Assembly: GCA_039802265.1 (NCBI GenBank)
Contig: JBDRWI010000006.1
Coordinates: 1-54,968, forward strand
DNA length: 54,968 nt
Direction: 5' to 3'
DNA from: a candidate division WOR-3 bacterium
GTDB lineage: Bacteria; Hydrothermota; Tepidihabitantia; SM23-42; JAOAFX01
Below are positions 40,989 to 49,899 of the stretch, in pieces; position 1 is the first letter of the stretch, and every line of letters starts with the position of its first letter. The translations under genes were made by a program, and so were the position numbers. The notes beneath the pieces were generated by a model that saw nothing but the letters and a program-made list of their open reading frames with translations, was not told where the DNA came from and made no database searches.

Positions 40989-41753
40989 ATGGGTGAAGCA
41001 TCTTTTGACCGGATAGCACGGTTTTACGATTATGAGAATGAGGGGTATGTCAAAGATATCCCATTTTATCTGGAATATGCAAAGAATTGTGGGGGAGAGG
41101 TCTTGGAACTTGGTTGTGGCACGGGTAGAATCTTAATCCCAATGGCAAAGGCAGGTATTACAATTACCGGCTTAGACATCTCTGGGGAGATGTTGAAAAT
41201 TGCCCGAGATAAGGTTATGCACTTAGATAGAGAAAGCGAAACAAAGATTTAGTTGGTTCAAGGCGATATGAGAAATTTTGAGCTGGGCAAAAAATTTGCG
41301 ATGATTTTTATCGCCTCCCGTTCTTTTCAATCCCTATTGACGAAAAAAGACCAGAGTTCTTGCCTTGAGTGTGTGCATAAACATCTAAAAGAAAATGGAA
41401 TTTTTCTCCTTGACCTCTTTGCACCAAGGCACGATATCCTTGCTCAGGTGCAAATATATATGGACAATTTTTACGATAAGGAGAACGATGCCTATGTCTT
41501 CCGCTGGGCAGAGGACAAATATGATTTGGCAAAACAGACATTAAAAGAAGACCGATTTTATGAATGGACAGATAAGAAAGGACAGTTCCACCGAATTGTC
41601 TGGTCTTTTGATTTAGCCTATTTATTTCGTTATGAAACAGAATTATTGCTTGAGAAACACCATTTTAAAATTGAGAACATCTTTGGAGATTTTGATAAAT
41701 CACCCTACAATTACTATTCTGGTGAACAAATTTTTGTAGCCGTAAAGGTATGA
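40989..41753 (+). pseudogene. Class I SAM methyltransferase interrupted by a single in-frame TAG (41250-41252)
   Basis: ORFs 40989-41252 and 41253-41753 are contiguous in one frame: LELGCGTGR...ETKI*LVQGDMRNF...LKENG. Confidence 0.85.
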
Positions 41754-41807
41754 GGTCTTCAGAAATGAAGGTTTTTTCTTATTTAATTTAATTTGAAAGA
41801 ATTGGCA

Positions 41808-42338
41808 ATGAAGACTGGCAAAATATTTTACACAATTTTAAATACCCGAATTGGACGGCTGGGAATTATTTGGCGTAAGGAAAGGAGCGTGATAAAAATT
41901 CTTGAGATCATCTTGCCCCGATTATTAATATATTCAATCAGGAAGGACTATTCAGGTATTTTGCCGGGCAAAAATAAGATTGTTGAAAAGATTGCGAAAA
42001 AAATTAAAACATATATTGGAGGCAAAGAGTTGAGATTTAATCTAAAGTACCTTGACTTAAGCAGACTGGGTAGATTTCAGAGAAAGGTCTTGATGCTTGT
42101 CTATAAGATTCCAAAAGGAAAAGTGAAGACCTACGGTGAAATCGCAAGGCAACTAAGAATTCCTAAGGGTGCCCGGGCTGTGGGTCAGGCACTGGCAAAA
42201 AACCCATTTCCGATTATTATTCCCTGCCATCGGGTTATAAAGAGTGATGGCTCATTGGGTGGTTTTAAGGGCAATCCTGAATTGAAAAAGAAACTTTTAG
42301 AATCGGAAATGCTGGATATCTCTGTAATTTTCCAATAA
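41808..42338 (+). CDS. ogt: Methylated-DNA-protein-cysteine methyltransferase
   Basis: IP.G...TYGEIA; ARAVGQAL..NP; IPCHRVI; start at ATG 41808 or TTG 41793. Confidence 0.92.
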   Translation: MKTGKIFYTILNTRIGRLGIIWRKERSVIKILEIILPRLLIYSIRKDYSGILPGKNKIVEKIAKKIKTYIGGKELRFNLKYLDLSRLGRFQRKVLMLVYKIPKGKVKTYGEIARQLRIPKGARAVGQALAKNPFPIIIPCHRVIKSDGSLGGFKGNPELKKKLLESEMLDISVIFQ

Positions 42339-42496
42339 AGATATTATCGGTCCACCCTGAAAAGTAAAACACCATAAGCATCCATTACAACTAAGCAGTC
42401 AATAAAAGAAGACAGAAAAAATTAAAAAGTATACTCTCTAATTTAGACCCTGACCATCAAATGAATAGGAGAAGTGAGGTTTGGATTTATCAGCCC

Positions 42497-42524
42497 TTGA
42501 CTTTCAAAAATTTTTTTATATAAT
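42497..42524 (+). promoter_or_regulatory. Promoter TTGACT-N16-TATAAT for the Gld-like ABC operon
   Basis: Hexamers at 42497-42502 and 42519-42524. Confidence 0.75.
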
Positions 42525-42590
42525 GTAATTAAACATTTATTTCCAAAAAATATACTGATACCAGACTTACGATAATGTAATGAGGAAGAG

Positions 42591-42680
42591 GGGTTAAAGC
42601 AGGCTCAAAGGGCAGAAGGACCAAAAAACGGACAAAATTAACATTAAATGGAGGATTTGCCATTTGAGCCAATTTAACCC
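42591..42680 (+). other. Long leader hairpin directly upstream of the ABC ATPase SD
   Basis: GGGTTAAA/TTTAACCC; GGCTCAAA/TTTGAGCC; GGCAGA/TTTGCC. Confidence 0.6.
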
Positions 42681-42702
42681 GCATCAGCAATGAGGAGGTA
42701 AT

Positions 42703-43626
42703 ATGATTGAGGTACAGGGACTAACCAAGGAATTTGGCGCGATAAAGGCAGTTGATGATATCTCTTTTCATATCGGCAGGGGAGAGATCGTCGCCTTTTT
42801 AGGACCGAATGGTGCTGGTAAGACGACCACAATGCGGATGCTAACGGGTTATCTTCTACCGACAAAAGGAAAATGCACTATAAATGGGCTTGATGTAACA
42901 GAAGAACCACTCCGGACAAAGAAATTGATTGGTTACCTTCCTGAGGATAATCCGTTATATCCAGATATGAAGATCTATGAATACCTTAATTTCGTAGGTG
43001 AGGTCAGGGACATTAAAAATCTAAAAGAGCGCGTGGACGAGGTGGCAGAAATCTGCGGTATTAAAGATGTCTTAAATAAAGAGATTGGAACCCTATCAAG
43101 GGGGTATCGGCAGAGGGTCGGTGTTGCCCAGGCGATAATCCATAATCCCGATATCTTAATCCTTGATGAACCAACCGAAGGGCTGGACCCGAATCAGGTG
43201 ATGGAGTTGCGCAATCTGATTAAGGAACTGGGTAAAGAAAAGACAGTTATGCTTTCAACCCATATACTATCAGAGGCCGAAGCGACCTGTGAACGGGTAT
43301 TGATTATCAATAAAGGGAAACTAATCGCTGATGGTAGCAAGAGCGAAATAAGAACAATGGCAAAGGGTGGAGAGACAATCATCCTGGAATTGCATGCCAA
43401 ATCAAATCCCATTGATGAAATTAAAAAGATAAATGGAGTTAAGGAAGTTATAGAGAAGAAGACCGAACAGAAAGGACATTTCCAGTACGAAATTATCAGT
43501 GAAGGGGATGTAAGGGAGTTATTATTTGATACTGCGGTTAAACAGAATTGCAAAATTATTGAACTTCATCGCAAATCAACATCACTTGAGGACATTTTCC
43601 GGGAATTAACAAAGGAGCAAGAATGA
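42703..43626 (+). CDS. GldA-like ABC transporter ATP-binding protein
   Basis: GPNGAGKTT; GYLPE.NPLY; LSRGYRQRVG.AQA..HNP.ILILDEPT.GLDPNQ. Confidence 0.9.
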   Translation: MIEVQGLTKEFGAIKAVDDISFHIGRGEIVAFLGPNGAGKTTTMRMLTGYLLPTKGKCTINGLDVTEEPLRTKKLIGYLPEDNPLYPDMKIYEYLNFVGEVRDIKNLKERVDEVAEICGIKDVLNKEIGTLSRGYRQRVGVAQAIIHNPDILILDEPTEGLDPNQVMELRNLIKELGKEKTVMLSTHILSEAEATCERVLIINKGKLIADGSKSEIRTMAKGGETIILELHAKSNPIDEIKKINGVKEVIEKKTEQKGHFQYEIISEGDVRELLFDTAVKQNCKIIELHRKSTSLEDIFRELTKEQE

Positions 43627-45749
43627 CCGGTAAGATAATTAAAAAAGAATTAAATGGTTATTTTAATTCACCAATCGCCTATATAATACTAATTCTCTTT
43701 GTCGGAATTTCAGGCTGGTTCTTTGTTCAGGATTTATTCCTCGGTGGACAGGCGGATATAATTGGTTTTGTTAATATCGTGCCAATCTTGTTTCTATTAT
43801 TAATACCTGGAATATGCATGCGATTAATTGCTGAAGAACGAAGCAGGGGGACGATTGAGATTCTTGCTACATTGCCCCTGACGGACCAGAATGTAATATT
43901 AGGGAAATGGCTTTCTGCATTCATTTTGATTGCCATAGGAATTTTAGTAACCCTCATCTTCCCCTTAATTGCCTCATTCTTAGGAAATCTTGACTGGGGT
44001 GTGGTCGTTACCAGTTTCATTGGACTACTGCTTTTTGCCCTCTTTTTTGCCAGTATTGGTACATTTGCCTCTTCAATAGCCCAGACTCAAATTGTTGCCT
44101 TTATCCTCGGCATCTTTATCTCTTTCTTCTTTTTCATTATCGGCAAGGTTCTTTTTATCATCCCAACAGGACTTGTGCCATTATTTAATTATTTAGGAAT
44201 TGATTCCCATCTGACCAACATTACTCGCGGAATTCTTGATTCAAGGGATATTATTTATTTCCTTTCCCTCTCTCTTTTGTTTATTTACGGTGCATTCTAT
44301 TTTTACACCCGAATAAAGGAACGTCTACTCAAAACGACCCAGTGGATTTTAATACTGGTCATTGTGATTTTAGGCAACATCATCCTGAACCGTCTCTTCT
44401 TCCGGCTTGACCTTACCCAGGGCAATATATATTCTCTTACTAAGGCATCTTCAAAGATACTCAGGGAACTTCCGGATAATGTAGTAATCAAGGCATATAT
44501 CACAAGCAAACTCCCCTTTCCCTATAATACCCGTGCCCAGTATGTTACCGATTTACTCAATGAATATCGTCAGAAATCCCATGGTAAGATTCGGTTTGAA
44601 CATATTGACCCTGTAAGCCGGGAACAGATGATGGATGCCCAGCGCGCGGGAATTATACCTTTACAATTTACTGAGGTAAAACAGGGTGAATTGGGTGTAA
44701 AGCAGGGCTTTATGGGACTTCTCTTTTTGTTTGAAGATAAAAGGGAAGTGATTCCGGTTATTGAAGACTTAGCTAATCTGGAATATGATATTACATCACG
44801 GATTAAGAAACTCACTGAAGAGAAGTCTAAGACTATTGGATTTACTACAAATCACAGTGAAATTGAACTGGCGGAAAACTTAAGGACAAAAATTAGTGAA
44901 CGATATACAATAAAAGAAATCAATCTAAAAGATACACTGCCGATTATTTGTGATGCAATGATAATTGCGGGACCAAAGAACGACTTTGATACAACAGAAA
45001 CGAAGAAACTTTTGGAATATATAAATAATAAAGGACCGATCGGTATATTCCTTGATCGCTTCAACATAAACCTGGAGTTTTTCTTGTCTTTTCCTTTAAA
45101 ACTTCCCAATCTTGATGCACTGCTGAGTAAAATCGGGTTAAACATTGAGCAGGGTATGGTAATGGATAGAAATAATGAAGTACTGGTGATGCGCAGTCAG
45201 CATGGGATGTTCGTGATGCAGAATTATATTCCATATCCATATTTCCCCAAAATCACGGACCTCTCAAAGACCCACCCCATTACCAAGGATTTTGAGGCGA
45301 TTGTTCTACCATTTGCAAGTCCGGTATCTGGTGGTGAAGAACTTGCGCGCACCTCAAAGGCATCCTGGTTGAGAAGTTCGCCCCAGTCCTTGAATCCGCT
45401 TGACCAGCAGAGATTCCTTCCTTTCCAGTTGCCGTTTGACAAGCAGGGACCATTCAATATGATGAGTTTTCTTGCCAGTGATAAGAGATTGGTAGTTGTG
45501 GGTACGTCAAGGTTTGTTGACAGTCAGTTTTTAAGCGGTGGGGGTATTGCCCTTTTTATGAATATCTTAGATTGGCTCACCCAGGATGAGGCATTGATTT
45601 CCATTCGTTCCAAGGTTGTAACAGATCGACCAATAAAAGAGATTAGTAAGGGGACAAAGACATTCATTACCTGGCTTTCCCCAATTTTACCTTCTATCAT
45701 ATTTGTTGTATTCGGAATAATCAGATGGCAAATTAGAAAGAGGAGGTAA
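43623..45749 (+). CDS. GldF-GldG-like fused ABC permease/auxiliary protein
   Basis: KEL..YFNSPIAY; MR..AEE...GT.E.L.TLP; RG.LDSRD..YF; RLDLT....YSL; LEY..T..I; N..DWL. Confidence 0.85.
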   Translation: MTGKIIKKELNGYFNSPIAYIILILFVGISGWFFVQDLFLGGQADIIGFVNIVPILFLLLIPGICMRLIAEERSRGTIEILATLPLTDQNVILGKWLSAFILIAIGILVTLIFPLIASFLGNLDWGVVVTSFIGLLLFALFFASIGTFASSIAQTQIVAFILGIFISFFFFIIGKVLFIIPTGLVPLFNYLGIDSHLTNITRGILDSRDIIYFLSLSLLFIYGAFYFYTRIKERLLKTTQWILILVIVILGNIILNRLFFRLDLTQGNIYSLTKASSKILRELPDNVVIKAYITSKLPFPYNTRAQYVTDLLNEYRQKSHGKIRFEHIDPVSREQMMDAQRAGIIPLQFTEVKQGELGVKQGFMGLLFLFEDKREVIPVIEDLANLEYDITSRIKKLTEEKSKTIGFTTNHSEIELAENLRTKISERYTIKEINLKDTLPIICDAMIIAGPKNDFDTTETKKLLEYINNKGPIGIFLDRFNINLEFFLSFPLKLPNLDALLSKIGLNIEQGMVMDRNNEVLVMRSQHGMFVMQNYIPYPYFPKITDLSKTHPITKDFEAIVLPFASPVSGGEELARTSKASWLRSSPQSLNPLDQQRFLPFQLPFDKQGPFNMMSFLASDKRLVVVGTSRFVDSQFLSGGGIALFMNILDWLTQDEALISIRSKVVTDRPIKEISKGTKTFITWLSPILPSIIFVVFGIIRWQIRKRR

Positions 45750-45755
45750 TTAACT

Positions 45756-46613
45756 ATGAAATATAGAACGCTTATATTGATGGCGATAATTGTAGTAATA
45801 CTTTTGGCTGTTGTTCTGTTAACTGGACGGAAACCAGAGGCAAAATCTATCGTTTCGGTTGAAGAAATAAAGAAATTGAGGATAGAAAGGCAGACCGATA
45901 CTACCGAGATTGAAATCTCAAACGGCGGATATCGTATTGTAAAACCGATAAACTATCCTGCAGATAGTAGTTTGGTTGCCAATTTAATAAATAGTCTAAA
46001 GGGACTTCAACTTGGTGAAGTTATTTCCCAGCGCGAAGAGAAGTACGACGATTTTGAAGTGGGCGAAAAGGGGATTAGGTTAATCATCAAGAATAAAAAG
46101 GATATTGCCTTTATCCTTGGTAAATATGCCGGTGATTATCAACATTCATATCTGCGGTTTGTAGATGATCGGAAGGTTTACCTGGTAAAGGGGATAAATA
46201 AATTCCTTATTGACCGAAGACCCGATGACTGGCGGGATAAGACAATCTTGAGAATTGATAGGAATTTGATTGAAAGAATAGTTATTGATGGGGAAGAAAT
46301 TATCAAAAAGGATACGCTGTGGTTCTACGGTGAACAGTTCCTTGAAAAACAAAAGATTGATAATATCCTAAACCTTGTAAGTAATCTCAGGGCATCCGGA
46401 TTTTGTGATACAGCAACCTTTATTGCCAAAAGGCAAATAAAAATCTTTGCTGGTGGAGAATACACCCTGGAGATTGGCGATAAAAGGGATTACAATTATC
46501 TTGTGAAATTGCCAGACAAACCAGCAATTTTTCTTATAAGTGAATATATAGTTAATAATTTCTTAAATCTTATATCTGTGGAGGAAAAAGAGAAGATAAA
46601 ACACAAAACCTGA
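45756..46613 (+). CDS. DUF4340 domain protein
   Basis: N-terminal TM; 'YPAD...V..L'; 'Y.R......VY.V'; 'DWRDK'; typical position after GldG. Confidence 0.8.
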   Translation: MKYRTLILMAIIVVILLAVVLLTGRKPEAKSIVSVEEIKKLRIERQTDTTEIEISNGGYRIVKPINYPADSSLVANLINSLKGLQLGEVISQREEKYDDFEVGEKGIRLIIKNKKDIAFILGKYAGDYQHSYLRFVDDRKVYLVKGINKFLIDRRPDDWRDKTILRIDRNLIERIVIDGEEIIKKDTLWFYGEQFLEKQKIDNILNLVSNLRASGFCDTATFIAKRQIKIFAGGEYTLEIGDKRDYNYLVKLPDKPAIFLISEYIVNNFLNLISVEEKEKIKHKT

Positions 46614-46701
46614 ATCCAGCGATGAATGAATAAGACAGCAGTAAGGGGGCAAGTGGAGAGAAACAGAAATTTTTAAATCTTCTTTCTCAAAGGGTAAGAG
46701 A

Positions 46702-47739
46702 ATGGCTACAATATTTTTACAGATATTGATGACTACAATTAAGCTGAATGAACTGTTTATTGGATTCCTTTGTTCACCAAACCCATATCTGATAAATAAT
46801 TTTGATGATGAATTTTATAAGAAAATGCCCCGGGACTATGTTTATATCTGGGTAAAGAGCCAGGTTCCTAAGGGGTCGCTTGATACTATCGCAGGCGAAT
46901 TGATCTGGCAAAATGGATATGAATTAGGGAATGAGAAATACTATAAAATGAATTTTAAAAGGATTAAAGCAGACGATAGAGAGATAGGCATCGGTGACAC
47001 TTTGCTTATCCAGAAGTATCCATCCCTCTGCGAATGGTTAGTCATTTCGGAAAAGGTTGAAATTATCGGTTTTATACTGGGGATTACATCAGATCAAATT
47101 ATCAGTAGTAATACAGATTCCTCCGGAGATGGGGATAATAAATATTATATAAATATTTATGCCTATGGGAAGATTAAAAATTGGATGATTGAAGAGTACC
47201 AGAATGCTTTTTTTAATATATATAAATTGACGGTTATTGCAAGATTAGGACCTCTGTTACCGTCTTATCATCAAAACGCATTCCAATTCAATATCAAAAG
47301 TTCAGAGATTATAAATTTCTGTTTTAACCAGTATTGCCACAAACTACTTCCGGAATTCCTGAAAGGGCATTCCTTTTATGAAAATTTAACTCCCGATGCC
47401 TTTGAACCCCGTTATTTAGAAATCTTAAAATTCCCCATGGTCATTGATTCGCTCAATTATATGGGAGTATTATTCAGGAACAGGACCAATATCTATGACA
47501 CCAAATGGGACCAGTATGTGATGATATGTGATTTTATAATCTATCAAGAAGATAACACTATCTTTTATGACCGGCTTTTGAATGATAATTATATTTATGC
47601 TGAAGTTTATGATTTCAATCAGGATGGTAATACCGATGTGGTTCTCATTGAGAAAGAATGGAACTGGACATTTTCTATCATACAATTTAAAAGAGGGAAT
47701 GTATTCATAAAGAGATATGTGTTAACAAGTAGATGTTAG
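46702..47739 (+). CDS. Hypothetical protein (AT-rich)
   Basis: 345-aa ORF; only recognisable motif is 'DFNQDGNTDV' (FG-GAP/Ca-loop-like). Confidence 0.6.
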   Translation: MATIFLQILMTTIKLNELFIGFLCSPNPYLINNFDDEFYKKMPRDYVYIWVKSQVPKGSLDTIAGELIWQNGYELGNEKYYKMNFKRIKADDREIGIGDTLLIQKYPSLCEWLVISEKVEIIGFILGITSDQIISSNTDSSGDGDNKYYINIYAYGKIKNWMIEEYQNAFFNIYKLTVIARLGPLLPSYHQNAFQFNIKSSEIINFCFNQYCHKLLPEFLKGHSFYENLTPDAFEPRYLEILKFPMVIDSLNYMGVLFRNRTNIYDTKWDQYVMICDFIIYQEDNTIFYDRLLNDNYIYAEVYDFNQDGNTDVVLIEKEWNWTFSIIQFKRGNVFIKRYVLTSRC

Positions 47740-47928
47740 GTAATTGACTGTTACAATCCCGTGGTTCCGTGTTCTGTTTGAAGAAGCGTCAATAGGGTTT
47801 ACCCGACGCCAAAGGTCACTTATCTTCAAAGCTTGTCTCCACAGCAGTGTTGCTACAGAAAATGAAACTCTCGCGACAGAGCGCTATTGTCCAGGTGGTA
47901 TGGGGTTAAATCTTCACAATCCAAAATC

Positions 47929-47956
47929 TTGAAAAAGGGCAAATTTTGATTATACT
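47929..47956 (+). promoter_or_regulatory. Promoter TTGAAA-N16-TATACT upstream of the intron
   Basis: Followed by SD AAGGAG and ATG immediately before the intron 5' end. Confidence 0.55.
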
Positions 47957-47996
47957 AGTTATGGCAGTTTTTTGACAGGATAAGGAGATGGTATGA

Positions 47997-48879
47997 GTGC
48001 GCCGAGCAAAGTTCAATCTAATGAAGGAGCCTGTCCTGATGAAAATCAGGATTAGCAACCGCATTAGTAGCAAACTCTGCATAGTGGGAGGCAACGAATA
48101 CTATGAAGCCAGTGAGAACAAGATACCGAGCCACAATCCGCAAGTTCATCCTGTTAGATACAAGTTATCGGATAGGGTGAACCCTGAAGGATATTTATTA
48201 TCTAACAGGGTGAAGGGATTGAGCCCAGCACTTTCATATGGTTTGATAGTGATTTATAACAATTTATTTTTTACATTTTGCGATGCATTGAACTCATCGG
48301 CGATGCGCGAGTCAGAAAGTGCTGGGTCTGAGACCGTGGCGAGTTATCAAATGGAGAGGCTGGGAACCTGGGAGAGCCATAATGTTCCTGAAAAGGTATG
48401 GGTTGCAGGACAGGCGAGTATCGCCTACAAGCCTGAAGAAGGCGAGGCAATCCAGATGACATTATGGCAGTCGGATAAGCCCATAGTAGCGAGGAAGCAG
48501 AGTAATGTCTGTGGCGCGAAGGGGCTTACGGGAAGACCGTTTGGAAGGGGACACAACCGCCAGGCTCAGAACTGGAGAACGGTTGTCAACAAAACCTATC
48601 CAATAACTTGTTGTATAGGAATTTGAAAAATTCCTATACAATGGTAATGAAATTTTTCATTAAAGTTAAAAAAACCACAAGATATTCAGGGGAGGATGAT
48701 ATGAAAATGGTCTCCGCACAAAGAGACGGTTTGCTATATAGCGGGGGTTTTCAGGGGGTATCCCCCTGAATATCTTGCTATAGTGAGCAAGGAGGTCTTT
48801 CTGAAGAGCCGTGTGGGGGAAACCTACAAGCACGGTTCTGTGAGGGGGTAGGGGAGTAATCCCCTACCCCTACCTCAAC
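47997..48879 (+). mobile_element. ORF-less group II intron (or two intron fragments); no reverse transcriptase
   Basis: 5' GTGCG at 47997; DIII-like 'CAGTCGGATAAGCCCATAGTAGCGAGGAAG...GCGAAGGGGCTT'; DV GAGCCGTGT...GCACGGTTC (48806-48838) with AGC triad; DVI 11-bp stem, bulged A at 48872, terminal AC; candidate EBS1 TCATAT (48234) pairs with exon GTATGA. Confidence 0.88.
48145..48214. repeat. REP-like inverted repeat inserted in intron domain I
   Basis: TTCATCCTGTTAGATA (48145-48160) and TATCTAACAGGGTGAA (48199-48214), 15/16 complementary. Confidence 0.7.
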
Positions 48880-48901
48880 GGGTATCCCCCTGAATATCTT
48901 G
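48756..48901 (+). repeat. 22-bp direct repeat GGGTATCCCCCTGAATATCTTG bracketing intron DV-DVI
   Basis: Identical at 48756-48777 and 48880-48901; 15-bp inverted copy at 48678-48692. Confidence 0.9.
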
Positions 48902-49002
48902 GTTTGATTAAACAACCCCTTTTCGGTAAGATTATTTTTGATTTAAATCGTGCGCTTGACTTATTTGAAAAAGTTTATATAATTGTATTGTAATGAATTA
49001 CT

Positions 49003-49263
49003 ATGAAAAAATTATCCGTTAAGGAGTATCAAAGAGAATATCGAAGAGGGAAACTTTACAAGCAACAACGAGAAGCGTGGTTAATTAAAAATCCAAATTA
49101 TTACAAAGACTGGAAAGTCGCACACCTTGATTATTTTAAAAAATGGGCAGTAGAGCATCCTGATTATTTCAAAATTTATCGCCACAAACATAGAAAAAAA
49201 CTTAATGAATACTGGCGTAAATATCGCCGGAAAGAACGAGCAAAGAGAAAATTATGTTCATAA
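49003..49263 (+). CDS. Small basic protein with W-x3-(N/H)-(P/L)-x-Y repeats
   Basis: Promoter TTGACT-N16-TATAAT (48956-48983); 'WLIKNPNYYK, WKVAHLDYFK, WAVEHPDYFK'. Confidence 0.6.
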   Translation: MKKLSVKEYQREYRRGKLYKQQREAWLIKNPNYYKDWKVAHLDYFKKWAVEHPDYFKIYRHKHRKKLNEYWRKYRRKERAKRKLCS

Positions 49264-49324
49264 AAAAAATGACTATTGAGTTTTGGAAAAAAATAAATAA
49301 CATATTATCATTGTGGAAAGGCAT

Positions 49325-49807
49325 ATGACCAAAATGGCTGTCGCTTACTGGAAAATGTTTTTCTATTTTCTCTGTTCGTTATTTCTTCTCACTAACACAA
49401 ACTGCCGCGGCGGATTTATCGACGAACCCCCTCCTGAAATAATAGATGTAACACCTATGGATGAGTCAATCAAAATCGCCTGGACACCGAGAACTTATCA
49501 TAAAATTGAAAAATCATTCATTTTATGGTCAGAAAAGATTGTGGAAGCCCCTGATTTTCTTGGCTACAATATTTATTGCTACACTGACTCTCTTGTCTAT
49601 TATTATCAAGACCAAGACTCATTATCATCTTACCTTGTAAATTCAGAACCCTATAAACAAGATACAATCTATACAATCTCCAATTTAACTAACGGCACTA
49701 AATATTTTATCCACCTTGCCGGTATCCGTAAAGATGTTGGTATCTCAGTGCTTTCGAATCAGGTCAGTGCTGTCCCACAAAGCGGTTTTGTGGGTGTTCG
49801 GGAATAG
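49325..49807 (+). CDS. Putative lipoprotein with a fibronectin type III domain
   Basis: Hydrophobic N-terminus followed by Cys; 'IAW...GYNIY...YTISNLTNGTKY...SNQVSAVP'; the last codons overlap an IS inverted-repeat copy. Confidence 0.7.
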   Translation: MTKMAVAYWKMFFYFLCSLFLLTNTNCRGGFIDEPPPEIIDVTPMDESIKIAWTPRTYHKIEKSFILWSEKIVEAPDFLGYNIYCYTDSLVYYYQDQDSLSSYLVNSEPYKQDTIYTISNLTNGTKYFIHLAGIRKDVGISVLSNQVSAVPQSGFVGVRE

Positions 49808-49899
49808 GTGGCTTTAATGGTAATCTTTTGGGGTGAATTTCTTATGGATTGGCTAACTACAATTGAGACAACGATAACAAAAAGAGGTTTATTTTAATC

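Noticed and set aside
47997..48626. 209-aa ORF as a protein gene or intron-encoded RT
   Set aside because: It begins at the intron GTGCG and overlaps structured domains I-III; no RT (YADD) or maturase motifs.
49784..49807. FN3 protein ending 'GVRE' as a CTD linker without a CTD
   Set aside because: These codons coincide with the IS inverted-repeat copy.
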